Source: Pseudobdellovibrionaceae bacterium
GTDB lineage: Bacteria; Bdellovibrionota; Bdellovibrionia; Bdellovibrionales; JAMPXM01
Direction: 5' to 3'
Length of the DNA: 64,000 nt
NCBI GenBank assembly: GCA_021463345.1
Contig: JAJTYM010000008.1
Span: forward strand, 22,468-86,467
A program made the position numbers and the translations under genes. The notes under the pieces are model-generated. The model did not search any database. It saw nothing but the letters and a program-made list of their open reading frames with translations, and had not been told where the DNA came from. Below are positions 22,724-30,471 of this stretch, piece by piece. The number at the start of each line of letters is the position of its first letter. The stretch's first letter is position 1.

Positions 22724-23386
22724 GTGCTTGACGCGATGAAGATGGACATGATGATTCACGACAAGCACAAGCCGCCTCTCGGCTCGGGTCGCCGGCCCGC
22801 CCTTTTCTCGTTGTTCGGTCGAGCCTCGGTGTTCCTGAGCGGCTGCGCCTCGGTGTTCATGGGCGGCTGCGCCTATCATGGAGGTTTCGGAGACCGGGCG
22901 TTGCCGGGCGGGTATTCGCTCGTCGCCGTGCCGGTTTTCAAGAACCAAACCATCGAAGTGGGCAGCGAGACCTATTTCACGAACGCGCTGATCCGTGAAC
23001 TCGAACGTTCCAAGGTCGTGCGCATCATCCCGAAAAACGACGCCCAAGCGACCGTCGAGGGCGTCGTCGAGGCCATCACGTACGTCGCCAGCTCCTGGTA
23101 CGAAGCTTCGTCCAACAACACGTTGCCGGCCGGGACGGTCTTGACGTCGACTTATTCCGTACGCGTCACGGCGCGGATCACGCTTCGCCGCAATTCCGAC
23201 CAGACGGTGTTGTGGACGAATCTCTTCGAAGGCGAGCGCAGCTACAACGCCCCACAGATCACGATGCCGGGCCTCAACTCCGCCAACGCCACGTACAACC
23301 ACAGCGCCCGCCACCAGACCATCGCCGCGCTCGCGCAGGACATGATGGCCGAGGCGCATGATCGTTTGACGGAGAATTCCTGGTGA
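22724..23386 (+). CDS. lptE: LPS-assembly lipoprotein LptE-like
   Basis: It has a lipobox region (FLSGC/FMGGC) and the sequence VPVFKNQTIEVGSETYFTNALIRELERS. It lies directly upstream of holA, as in the conserved lptE-holA pair. Confidence 0.7.
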   Translation: MLDAMKMDMMIHDKHKPPLGSGRRPALFSLFGRASVFLSGCASVFMGGCAYHGGFGDRALPGGYSLVAVPVFKNQTIEVGSETYFTNALIRELERSKVVRIIPKNDAQATVEGVVEAITYVASSWYEASSNNTLPAGTVLTSTYSVRVTARITLRRNSDQTVLWTNLFEGERSYNAPQITMPGLNSANATYNHSARHQTIAALAQDMMAEAHDRLTENSW

Positions 23387-24381
23387 GCTGGACGCCTCAA
23401 ACCCTCGAGAGTTCCATCCGCCGCGAGGAAATCCACCCCCTCTACTTGTTCCACGGCGACGAGACGTTTCTGATCGACGAAGCCCTGGCCGAGCTCGAGG
23501 CGCTCGCGCTTGGCGACGGGTTGCGCGACTTCAATTTCAATGTTTTTTACGGCGACGAAGCCGACGGCGCGCGGATCCGCGACGCCGCCGAAACTCTGCC
23601 TATGATGGCCGCGCAACGCGTGATCGTGGTCAAGGAGGCCCAGGATCTGTCAGACGCCGATTGGAATTCCCTGTGGCCGTTGCTCGACGAGCCGATCGAC
23701 TCCTGCGTCCTGGTTTTCGTCGCGACCAAGATCGACAAGCGTAAGAAGCACTTCAAACGGGCGCTCGAGACCGGCGTCGTGGTCGAGTTCAAACGGTTGT
23801 TCGAAAATCAGGTGCCGGACTGGATCGCGCGGATCGCCGACAAGCACGGCGTGAAGATGAGTCGTGACGCGCTCGCGCTCCTGCATCAAATGGTCGGTTC
23901 GAATCTGACCGATATCAACATGGAGATGTGGAAGCTCGCGTCGTTCCTCGGCGATCGTAAACAGGTCGGGGTCGACGACGTGCTCAAGGCGGTCTCGCGG
24001 GTGAGGATCGAGAGCGTCTTCGACCTGACCGACGCGATCGGCGGCAATGACCGCGCCCGCGCCCTGACCTGCCTCGCGAACCTGCTCGACAACGGTCAGA
24101 ACGAAGTCGGCGCGCTCGCGCTCGTCAGCCGCCACGTGCGGATCCTCAAGCTCGTCAATGAGGGGTTGCGCGAGGGCCTTTCCGGTCAGCGCCTGAGCGC
24201 GCGGGCGGGCGTGCCGCCGTTTTTCTTGAAACGGTACGTCGAACAGAGCCGCCATTGGAGCGCGCCGAAGATCGATCGCACGTTCCGCGCGCTTCTCGAC
24301 ACGGATCGCGCGCTCAAGTCCTCGCCGGTCGCCTCGCACATCTGGCTGGAGAATTTCGTCGTTCAGACCTGTTCCGCTTGA
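23383..24381 (+). CDS. holA: DNA polymerase III subunit delta
   Basis: 332 aa with an N-terminal delta fold (HPLYLFHGDETFLIDEAL.., MMAAQRVIVVKEAQ). It overlaps lptE by GTGA. Confidence 0.85.
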   Translation: MSWTPQTLESSIRREEIHPLYLFHGDETFLIDEALAELEALALGDGLRDFNFNVFYGDEADGARIRDAAETLPMMAAQRVIVVKEAQDLSDADWNSLWPLLDEPIDSCVLVFVATKIDKRKKHFKRALETGVVVEFKRLFENQVPDWIARIADKHGVKMSRDALALLHQMVGSNLTDINMEMWKLASFLGDRKQVGVDDVLKAVSRVRIESVFDLTDAIGGNDRARALTCLANLLDNGQNEVGALALVSRHVRILKLVNEGLREGLSGQRLSARAGVPPFFLKRYVEQSRHWSAPKIDRTFRALLDTDRALKSSPVASHIWLENFVVQTCSA

Positions 24382-24404
24382 ACGGCCGAGAAACGGCCCG
24401 CGGA

Positions 24405-24438
24405 CAAAAAAAGCCGCGTGAACCTCACGCGGCTTTTC
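24405..24438. terminator. Bidirectional intrinsic terminator between convergent holA and rpsT
   Basis: AAAAAAA-AGCCGCGTGA-acc-TCACGCGGCT-TTTT: a perfect 10-bp stem flanked by an A-run and a T-run. Confidence 0.8.
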
Positions 24439-24463
24439 GAGACAGGATTCCGGGAGTGACGCC

Positions 24464-24775
24464 TTAGGCGCGTTTGCTGGCTTGGCGCGCCTGATTCGAC
24501 GTCAGCTGGCCAGAGGCGAGCTTGTGGACGGCGAGCGAGAGGCGTCCGATTTTGCGTTGGGCGTTGCGCGCGTGAACGCGGCCTTTGCCAGCGGCTTTTT
24601 GGATCTTGCTGGCGAACTCGACGAGGAGTTCTTGGGCCTTTTTGGATTCGGCGGTCGCCAGCGCGTCACGGAGCTTGCGTTCGACCGACCGGACGGCGCC
24701 GAGGGCCTGTTTGTTGCGGGCGGTGATTTTGAGAGTCTGACGGGCGCGCTTTTCTGCGGACTTGTGAGTTGCCAA
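24464..24775 (-). CDS. rpsT: 30S ribosomal protein S20
   Basis: 103 aa: ATHKSAEKRARQTLKITARNKQ.... It has a TTG start with GGAGG 8 nt upstream. Confidence 0.95.
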   Translation of the reverse strand: MATHKSAEKRARQTLKITARNKQALGAVRSVERKLRDALATAESKKAQELLVEFASKIQKAAGKGRVHARNAQRKIGRLSLAVHKLASGQLTSNQARQASKRA

Positions 24776-24937
24776 GTGTAAAACCTCCAGATTAACCTGA
24801 AATCCTGTGAATGCGAAGGGTTACCATAGGCGGGGAGGCATTGCAAGGCCGCCTGTGGAAGGTGGGAATTTTCACTTGGGAATCAGACCTGAGAGCCGGA
24901 TTGACCGAGTCGCCACGGGACAGGGGCGGCCGGATAC

Positions 24938-26614
24938 GTGCCTGAGAGGACAAGGCTTTTGAGCTCGGATGCAACGCCTGCTAAGGCCGCCGCCGCCTCC
25001 CCCGATGCGGGGGCCCGCCAAGCCGATCGCCGTTCGGTCACCGCCTCCGCTTTGGTTTTCGCCGCCGGGACGATGCTGAGCCGGGTCCTCGGGCTCGTGC
25101 GGGACATGATGACGGCCCGCTATTTTTCGGTCGAGATCCGTGACGCGTTTTTGGTGGCGTTCCGCCTGCCCAATCTGTTCCGCCGCTTGCTCGGTGAAGG
25201 TTCGCTCTCATTCAGTTTCATCCCGGTTTTCGTCGAGCTGATCCAGGGCCGGCGCACCGAGGACTCGCACCGGCTCGTCAACAACGTGTTCGCCATCCTC
25301 ATGAGCGCCTCGATCACGGTGAGTCTGCTGGGCATCCTCTTCATGGACGATATCCTCCGCCTGGTCCTGAGCGGGGACGAGTACACGAGGATCGCGGGCA
25401 AGCTGGAACTCACGGTCCTGCTCGCGCGCGTCATGTTCTCGTTCCTGGTCCTGATGAGCCTGTTCGCCTTTTTCATGGCGATCTTGAACTCGCTCAAGCA
25501 ATTCGCGCTTTCGGCGCTGGCGCCCGCGCTTCTCAACATCGCGCTGATCGCGGCGGCCTTGATCTCCGACGCCTGGGCCGCGCCAGAGCTCACGCTCGCG
25601 GCCGCCGTCATGGTGGGCGGGTTCCTGCAGATGGCGGTTTTGGTGCCTTCGGTCGCGCGCGCGGGTTATTTCCCCAAGCCGTCGTTCCGCTGGAACACGC
25701 CTGAAACCAAGAGGGTCGTCAAAACGGTGCTGCCGAGCATGTTCGGCATGAGCATCATGCAGGTGACCCAGATGGTGAACCTGCATTTCGCCTCGCACTT
25801 GCCGCAGGGGACCCACAGCGCGTTTTACCTCGCCGATCGCGTGCTCGAGCTGCCGCTTTCGCTGTTCGTGGTGAGCGTAGGCTCGGCCCTGTTGCCGACG
25901 CTGGCGCGTTACTGGGCCGCCCAGGACCGCGAGGCGATGTCGGAGACCATCAACCACTACGTGCGCTTGATCCTGTTCGTCGCGCTGCCCGCGGCGGTCG
26001 GGATGTTCACGCTCGCCGAGCCGATCGCCGAAGTTCTCTTCCAAGGCAAGGAGTTCGGCGCGCAGGACACGCGGATGACCGCGGAGATCTTGCAGGTGTA
26101 CGCCTTCGGCCTGATCGTTTCGGCCGGGGTCCGCATCCTCGCCCAAGGGTTCTACGCCGTCCAGAACACTTGGTTCCCGGCCGTCGCGGCGACGGTGGCG
26201 GTCGCCGCGCACCTTCTGTTCGCGGCGAGTTTCACGCGCGCCTTCGGCCTCCAGGGTTTGGCGGCCGCGACGGTCGCGAGCGCCGCCGTGAACCTGACGC
26301 TTTTGGCCGTAGCGTACAGTTCCTGGGTCGGCGCGCTGCACGTTTGGAAATTGTTGATCGGGGTCGGCAAGTTCTCGATCGGGGCGGCTTTGATGGTTTT
26401 CGTCTTGCGCGTGTACGAGCCCGCGGCGCTGGCGATGGGCGACGGCCACTTGGCGAAAACGGCGGCGCTTCTACTGGCGATCGCGGCCGGCGGCGCGTCC
26501 TACATGGCGGTCGCGCACGTCTTGAAAGTGCCCGAATACCAAGAGACCGTCGCCGCCCTCGCGAGCAAAATCCGGAACAAACTCAGTCGCCGTTCCCCGA
26601 GGCCGAAAACGTAG
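24938..26614 (+). CDS. murJ: Lipid II flippase MurJ (MviN)
   Basis: 558 aa, about 14 TM segments. The N-terminal signature is GTMLSRVLGLVRDMMTARYF.. and the sequence has MOP-superfamily features. Confidence 0.9.
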   Translation: MPERTRLLSSDATPAKAAAASPDAGARQADRRSVTASALVFAAGTMLSRVLGLVRDMMTARYFSVEIRDAFLVAFRLPNLFRRLLGEGSLSFSFIPVFVELIQGRRTEDSHRLVNNVFAILMSASITVSLLGILFMDDILRLVLSGDEYTRIAGKLELTVLLARVMFSFLVLMSLFAFFMAILNSLKQFALSALAPALLNIALIAAALISDAWAAPELTLAAAVMVGGFLQMAVLVPSVARAGYFPKPSFRWNTPETKRVVKTVLPSMFGMSIMQVTQMVNLHFASHLPQGTHSAFYLADRVLELPLSLFVVSVGSALLPTLARYWAAQDREAMSETINHYVRLILFVALPAAVGMFTLAEPIAEVLFQGKEFGAQDTRMTAEILQVYAFGLIVSAGVRILAQGFYAVQNTWFPAVAATVAVAAHLLFAASFTRAFGLQGLAAATVASAAVNLTLLAVAYSSWVGALHVWKLLIGVGKFSIGAALMVFVLRVYEPAALAMGDGHLAKTAALLLAIAAGGASYMAVAHVLKVPEYQETVAALASKIRNKLSRRSPRPKT

Positions 26615-26617
26615 CGA

Positions 26618-28402
26618 TCAGAACGGACGCTTCTGCCGCGAGCTCGGGCGGGCGCCACGCCCCTGCTCGAAAGGGCGAGGGCGCGCCGCGCGCGGATGCT
26701 CGGCGTCGCGCCGCTGGTACGGGCCGTCGAACGGCCGCCGGGCGGATCGAGGTAAACCGTCTTCTTGACCGCGCCCCTCGCCGCGGGTGAACGGCCGGCG
26801 GGGTTTTGCGTCCTCGTGCGACCATTGTTTCGGCGCGTGCGCTCGCGTGCGCGCCTTGTCGCCGCGCCTGTGGTTCGCGTTTTCTTGCGAAGCGAACGGA
26901 TGTCGTGGGCGGGCGGTTTGTTCCCGGGGCCGGTCCGTGAACCGATCCATAGATCGATCCATGGGCCGCGCCGACCGCTCGCCTTGGGGCGCGAAACGTG
27001 GCCGTGATTGGGCGGCCGGACGGCCACCGCGCTCAACGCCGCGGCGGTTATCGTAGTGGCGATTATCGAAACGAGGTTTGCCACCCTGGTAAGACGGGCG
27101 GGCCCCGTCGCGAGCCGAATCCCTGCGGGGAGGAGTATTTGCATCCCTGCGGGGAGGAACATTTGCATCCCTGCGGGGAGGAACATTTGCATCCCTGCGG
27201 GGAGGAACATTTGCATCCCTGCGGGATGACGCATGAGCGGCGTTGGCGTCTCTGCGGTCGTCGAAGCGTCGTGAGCGGGGACCGATGGGAGGGCGCGAGA
27301 ATGTCTTTTCGCGTTTCTCCTCCGGTGTGATGAGGCGCTGGATGCGGCGCCACTGGGCTTCGTCCTCAGGGAGCAGGATCGCGAGCGCTTCGCCGATCCG
27401 TCCGGCGCGAGCGGTGCGGCCGATACGGTGGACGTAGTCCTCCGGCGCCATCGGCAGATCGAAATTGATGACGTGTTCGATGTGCGGGATGTCGAGGCCG
27501 CGGGCGGCGATGTCGGTGGCGACGAGGATGCGGATCTCTCCGGCGCGGAACGCCTTGAGCGAAACCGAGCGCTGCGACTGGCTGCGGCCGCCGTGGAGGC
27601 GTTCGACCGAGTAGCCGTACTCGGTCAGGTACTTGTGAAGCTTCTCCGTCCGGCTTTTCGTACGCACGAAGATGAGCGTCGAGCCTTTGCGGGCGTTGAG
27701 CTCGTCGAGGAGCAGGTCGTTCTTGCGGTCGGCCGTGGTGCGCGCGACGCCTTGTTTGATCCGCTCGACCGGGCGCGAGACCACGCCGACCGTGATCCGC
27801 GCGGGATCGTTGAGGAAACGCTTGGCGAGGTCGAGGATCTTCTCGGGCAGGGTCGCCGAGAAGAGGAGCGTCTGCCGCTCCTTGGGCAGGTGCTTGAGGA
27901 TCTGGTTCAGTTGGGGGGCGAAGCCCATGTCGAGCATCTGGTCGGCTTCGTCGAGCACGAGAAAACCCACCCGGTCGAGCGCGATCGTTTTCGATCCCAG
28001 ATGGTCGATCAGGCGGCCGGGGGTCGCGACCAGGATGCGCGGGTGGCGGCGGAGCGCCTGAGTCTGGGCGCGCAGGCTCGCGCCCCCGATGATGAGCGCG
28101 GGGCGCAGTCGCGGCATCTGTTCCGTGAGCTGGCGAAGCACGCCGGTGATCTGTTGGGCGAGCTCGCGCGTGGGCGCGAGGATCACGGCGTCTTTGCCGT
28201 GCTCGACGGCGAGTTTCGCGACCAGCGGGATCGAGAACGCGGCCGTCTTGCCGGTCCCGGTCTGCGCGCAGCCGACGATGTCGCGACCCGCGAGCGCGAC
28301 GGGGATCGCTTGCGCTTGGATCGGCGTGGGGGTGGTGAACTCGAGTTTCCGGATCGCCTGCGCGAGCTGGGAAGGCAAGTCGAGTTGGCCGAAGTCGGTC
28401 AT
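26618..28402 (-). CDS. DEAD-box ATP-dependent RNA helicase with long Arg-rich repetitive C-terminal tail
   Basis: It has a Q-motif, AQTGTGKTAAF, VLDEADQMLDMGF, SAT and HRIGRTARAG. The C-terminal ~220 aa are low-complexity (R/P/D-rich). Confidence 0.95.
   Translation of the reverse strand: MTDFGQLDLPSQLAQAIRKLEFTTPTPIQAQAIPVALAGRDIVGCAQTGTGKTAAFSIPLVAKLAVEHGKDAVILAPTRELAQQITGVLRQLTEQMPRLRPALIIGGASLRAQTQALRRHPRILVATPGRLIDHLGSKTIALDRVGFLVLDEADQMLDMGFAPQLNQILKHLPKERQTLLFSATLPEKILDLAKRFLNDPARITVGVVSRPVERIKQGVARTTADRKNDLLLDELNARKGSTLIFVRTKSRTEKLHKYLTEYGYSVERLHGGRSQSQRSVSLKAFRAGEIRILVATDIAARGLDIPHIEHVINFDLPMAPEDYVHRIGRTARAGRIGEALAILLPEDEAQWRRIQRLITPEEKREKTFSRPPIGPRSRRFDDRRDANAAHASSRRDANVPPRRDANVPPRRDANVPPRRDANTPPRRDSARDGARPSYQGGKPRFDNRHYDNRRGVERGGRPAAQSRPRFAPQGERSARPMDRSMDRFTDRPREQTARPRHPFASQENANHRRGDKARTRAHAPKQWSHEDAKPRRPFTRGEGRGQEDGLPRSARRPFDGPYQRRDAEHPRAARPRPFEQGRGARPSSRQKRPF
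27121..27226. repeat. 24-nt tandem repeat (about 4.4 copies) inside the helicase tail
   Basis: The unit is CCCTGCGGGGAGGAACATTTGCAT. Copies 2-4 are identical and copy 1 has 2 mismatches. It encodes (RRDANVPP)n on the minus strand. Confidence 0.95.
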
Positions 28403-28635
28403 TTGGGCTCCTGGGGACGAGGCTGTGGCCGCTGAGTGAGAACGAGGGCCGAATGCCCGGTGACTCGCCGGCGTGCGTTTTGGAACGAGCGCGGAATCTA
28501 GCAGAGAACGGGGCGGAACGACATGAATTTAGGGGGAAGGGCGGGTTTCCGGCCGATTCCCGAGGCGGGCGGTGGCGAAAGTTCACGAGCCCCGGGCAAT
28601 TCCTTCAGAAATGGGCGCGAGCGAGGCGCCGCGCT

Positions 28636-29469
28636 TCAGGGCGAGGTTTTCCTCAGTTCGGCTTTCGCCCGCTCCCAGTAGCGCTCCAGCTCGGGCGAGG
28701 ACAGCTTGGAAAAATCGTTGCCGTCCCGCTCGGCGAGTTTTTTCATCGTGAAAAAGCGGGATTCGAAGCGTTGATTCGTGGTGCGCAGGGCTTGCTCGGG
28801 GTCCGTCCCCAGGTGGCGCGCGAGCTGCGCGATCGAAAACAGGAGATCGCCGACCTCGCTTTCGACCTCCTCGGGAACCCCGCCCGCGATCGCCGCTTTG
28901 AGCTCGGCCAGCTCCTCTTCGACCTTGGCGAGGACGCCTTGCCAATCCGGCCAGTCGAAACGGTGGCGCTTGGTCTTCGCGCCGATCTTGCCGGAACGTG
29001 AAAGGGCGGGGAGGCTGAGCGGCACGTCGAAGCGGTTTTCCGGGGCTGCGCTTCTGCCGGCCGCTTCCCGCTTTTTGATCTCGTCCCAATTCTTAAGCAC
29101 TTCGCCGCTGTCGCTCACCCGCGCGTCGCCGAAGACGTGCGGGTGGCGGCGGACCATCTTCGTGCCGATCGCCTCGAGCACGTCGTGGACGTCGAAACGG
29201 CCCGCTTGGCGCCCGATCTCGGAGTGCAGGGCCACTTGCAAGAGGAGGTCGCCGAGCTCGCTGACCATCTCCTTCTCGTCTCCGGCCTCGATCGCCTCGG
29301 CGAGTTCGTGGGCCTCTTCGATGGCGTAGGGCGTGAGCGTCCTGTGCGTCTGCTCCTTGTCCCAGGGGCAGCCTTCGGGGCCGCGCAGGGCCGCGACGAT
29401 CTCGAGGAGCGACTCGAAACTGCGGAATTCCTTCGGGGGTCGAATCATCACGTCAACGTTGGCCGTCAA
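28636..29469 (-). CDS. mazG: Nucleoside triphosphate pyrophosphohydrolase MazG
   Basis: It has tandem MazG domains (GCPWDKEQTH.SL..Y..EE.HE..EAI). The start is ambiguous: TTG at 29469 or ATG at 29448. Confidence 0.9.
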   Translation of the reverse strand: MTANVDVMIRPPKEFRSFESLLEIVAALRGPEGCPWDKEQTHRTLTPYAIEEAHELAEAIEAGDEKEMVSELGDLLLQVALHSEIGRQAGRFDVHDVLEAIGTKMVRRHPHVFGDARVSDSGEVLKNWDEIKKREAAGRSAAPENRFDVPLSLPALSRSGKIGAKTKRHRFDWPDWQGVLAKVEEELAELKAAIAGGVPEEVESEVGDLLFSIAQLARHLGTDPEQALRTTNQRFESRFFTMKKLAERDGNDFSKLSSPELERYWERAKAELRKTSP

Positions 29470-29706
29470 CGGCCACCGCTCCTCATTGGCAGAACCGCGC
29501 GGACGCGGTTTGTCGTTTCGTTCCCCGACTCTGAACCCGATCCGCTCGCGACGTCAATGGACTCAGTCGGATCTTCGCCAAAAAATCGGTCGCCCCGGCC
29601 CCGGCGCGTCCGGGCGGCGCGCGGTCGCGCCGGAGTTTACCCGCCCCGAGCGGATGGGGTATAAAACCGCCATTGCACTCCGGAGCCAGTGAAAGGGAAA
29701 CAAGGA

Positions 29707-30450
29707 ATGAACCGACATGAGAGCGCCCCCGGCAGGATGGAGACGGACTTTTTCAACAAGGAGATGGCCGAGCGATACGACGAGCGCAACAGCAAGCTGA
29801 GTCGAATTTCGGAGTGCCTTCACTTTTTAACGGGCCTCGTCCTGAAAGACTTGCCCCCGCGTGCCCGGGTCCTTTGCGTCGGCGTCGGCACCGGGGCGGA
29901 GATCTTTTCGTTGGCTCAAGTTTTTCCCGAATGGACTTTCGTCGGCCTCGATCCCTCGCTGAACATGCTCAACGTCTGCCGCGAGCGGATCAAAGCCGCT
30001 GGTTTGGGGAACCGCTGCGATTTCGTCCATGGCTACGTTCACGAACTGCCGCGCCAAGAGCCTTTCGACGCGGTTTTGAGCGTTTTGGTCGCTCACTTCA
30101 TCCGGCGCGAAGACAGGCTCGGCTTCTTTCAAGGCATGGCCGCGCATTTGAAAAACGGCGGGGCCCTCGTCAACGCGGAAATCAGTTTCGATTTGGACTC
30201 CCCCGAATTCCCGTCGATGCTCAAAGGGTGGGAGCAAGTGCAGGCATTGATGGGGGCCACCCCGGAGTCGCTCGCCGGGCTTCCCAAGCAGATGCGGGAG
30301 ACTCTAACGATCCTCCCGCCGCCCGAGACCGAATCCCTTCTGCGGCAGGCCGGGATTCCCGCGCCTCTGCGTTACTTTCAGGCCATGATGGTCAGCGCAT
30401 GGCATGGGCGGAAGAGAGACGAAAAACCGGGACGGCCAGGGGCGAGATGA
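29707..30450 (+). CDS. Class I SAM-dependent methyltransferase
   Basis: Motif I is VLCVGVGTGAEI, followed by GLDPS..ML and a post-I acidic residue. The substrate is unknown. Confidence 0.75.
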   Translation: MNRHESAPGRMETDFFNKEMAERYDERNSKLSRISECLHFLTGLVLKDLPPRARVLCVGVGTGAEIFSLAQVFPEWTFVGLDPSLNMLNVCRERIKAAGLGNRCDFVHGYVHELPRQEPFDAVLSVLVAHFIRREDRLGFFQGMAAHLKNGGALVNAEISFDLDSPEFPSMLKGWEQVQALMGATPESLAGLPKQMRETLTILPPPETESLLRQAGIPAPLRYFQAMMVSAWHGRKRDEKPGRPGAR

Positions 30451-30471
30451 CCCGCTGAAACGCCGTCGCCG

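Noticed and set aside
27121-27226. A regularly spaced 24-nt repeat that superficially resembles a small CRISPR-like array.
   Set aside because: The units are directly adjacent with no spacers, lie in frame inside the helicase CDS and encode an octapeptide repeat. No cas genes are nearby.
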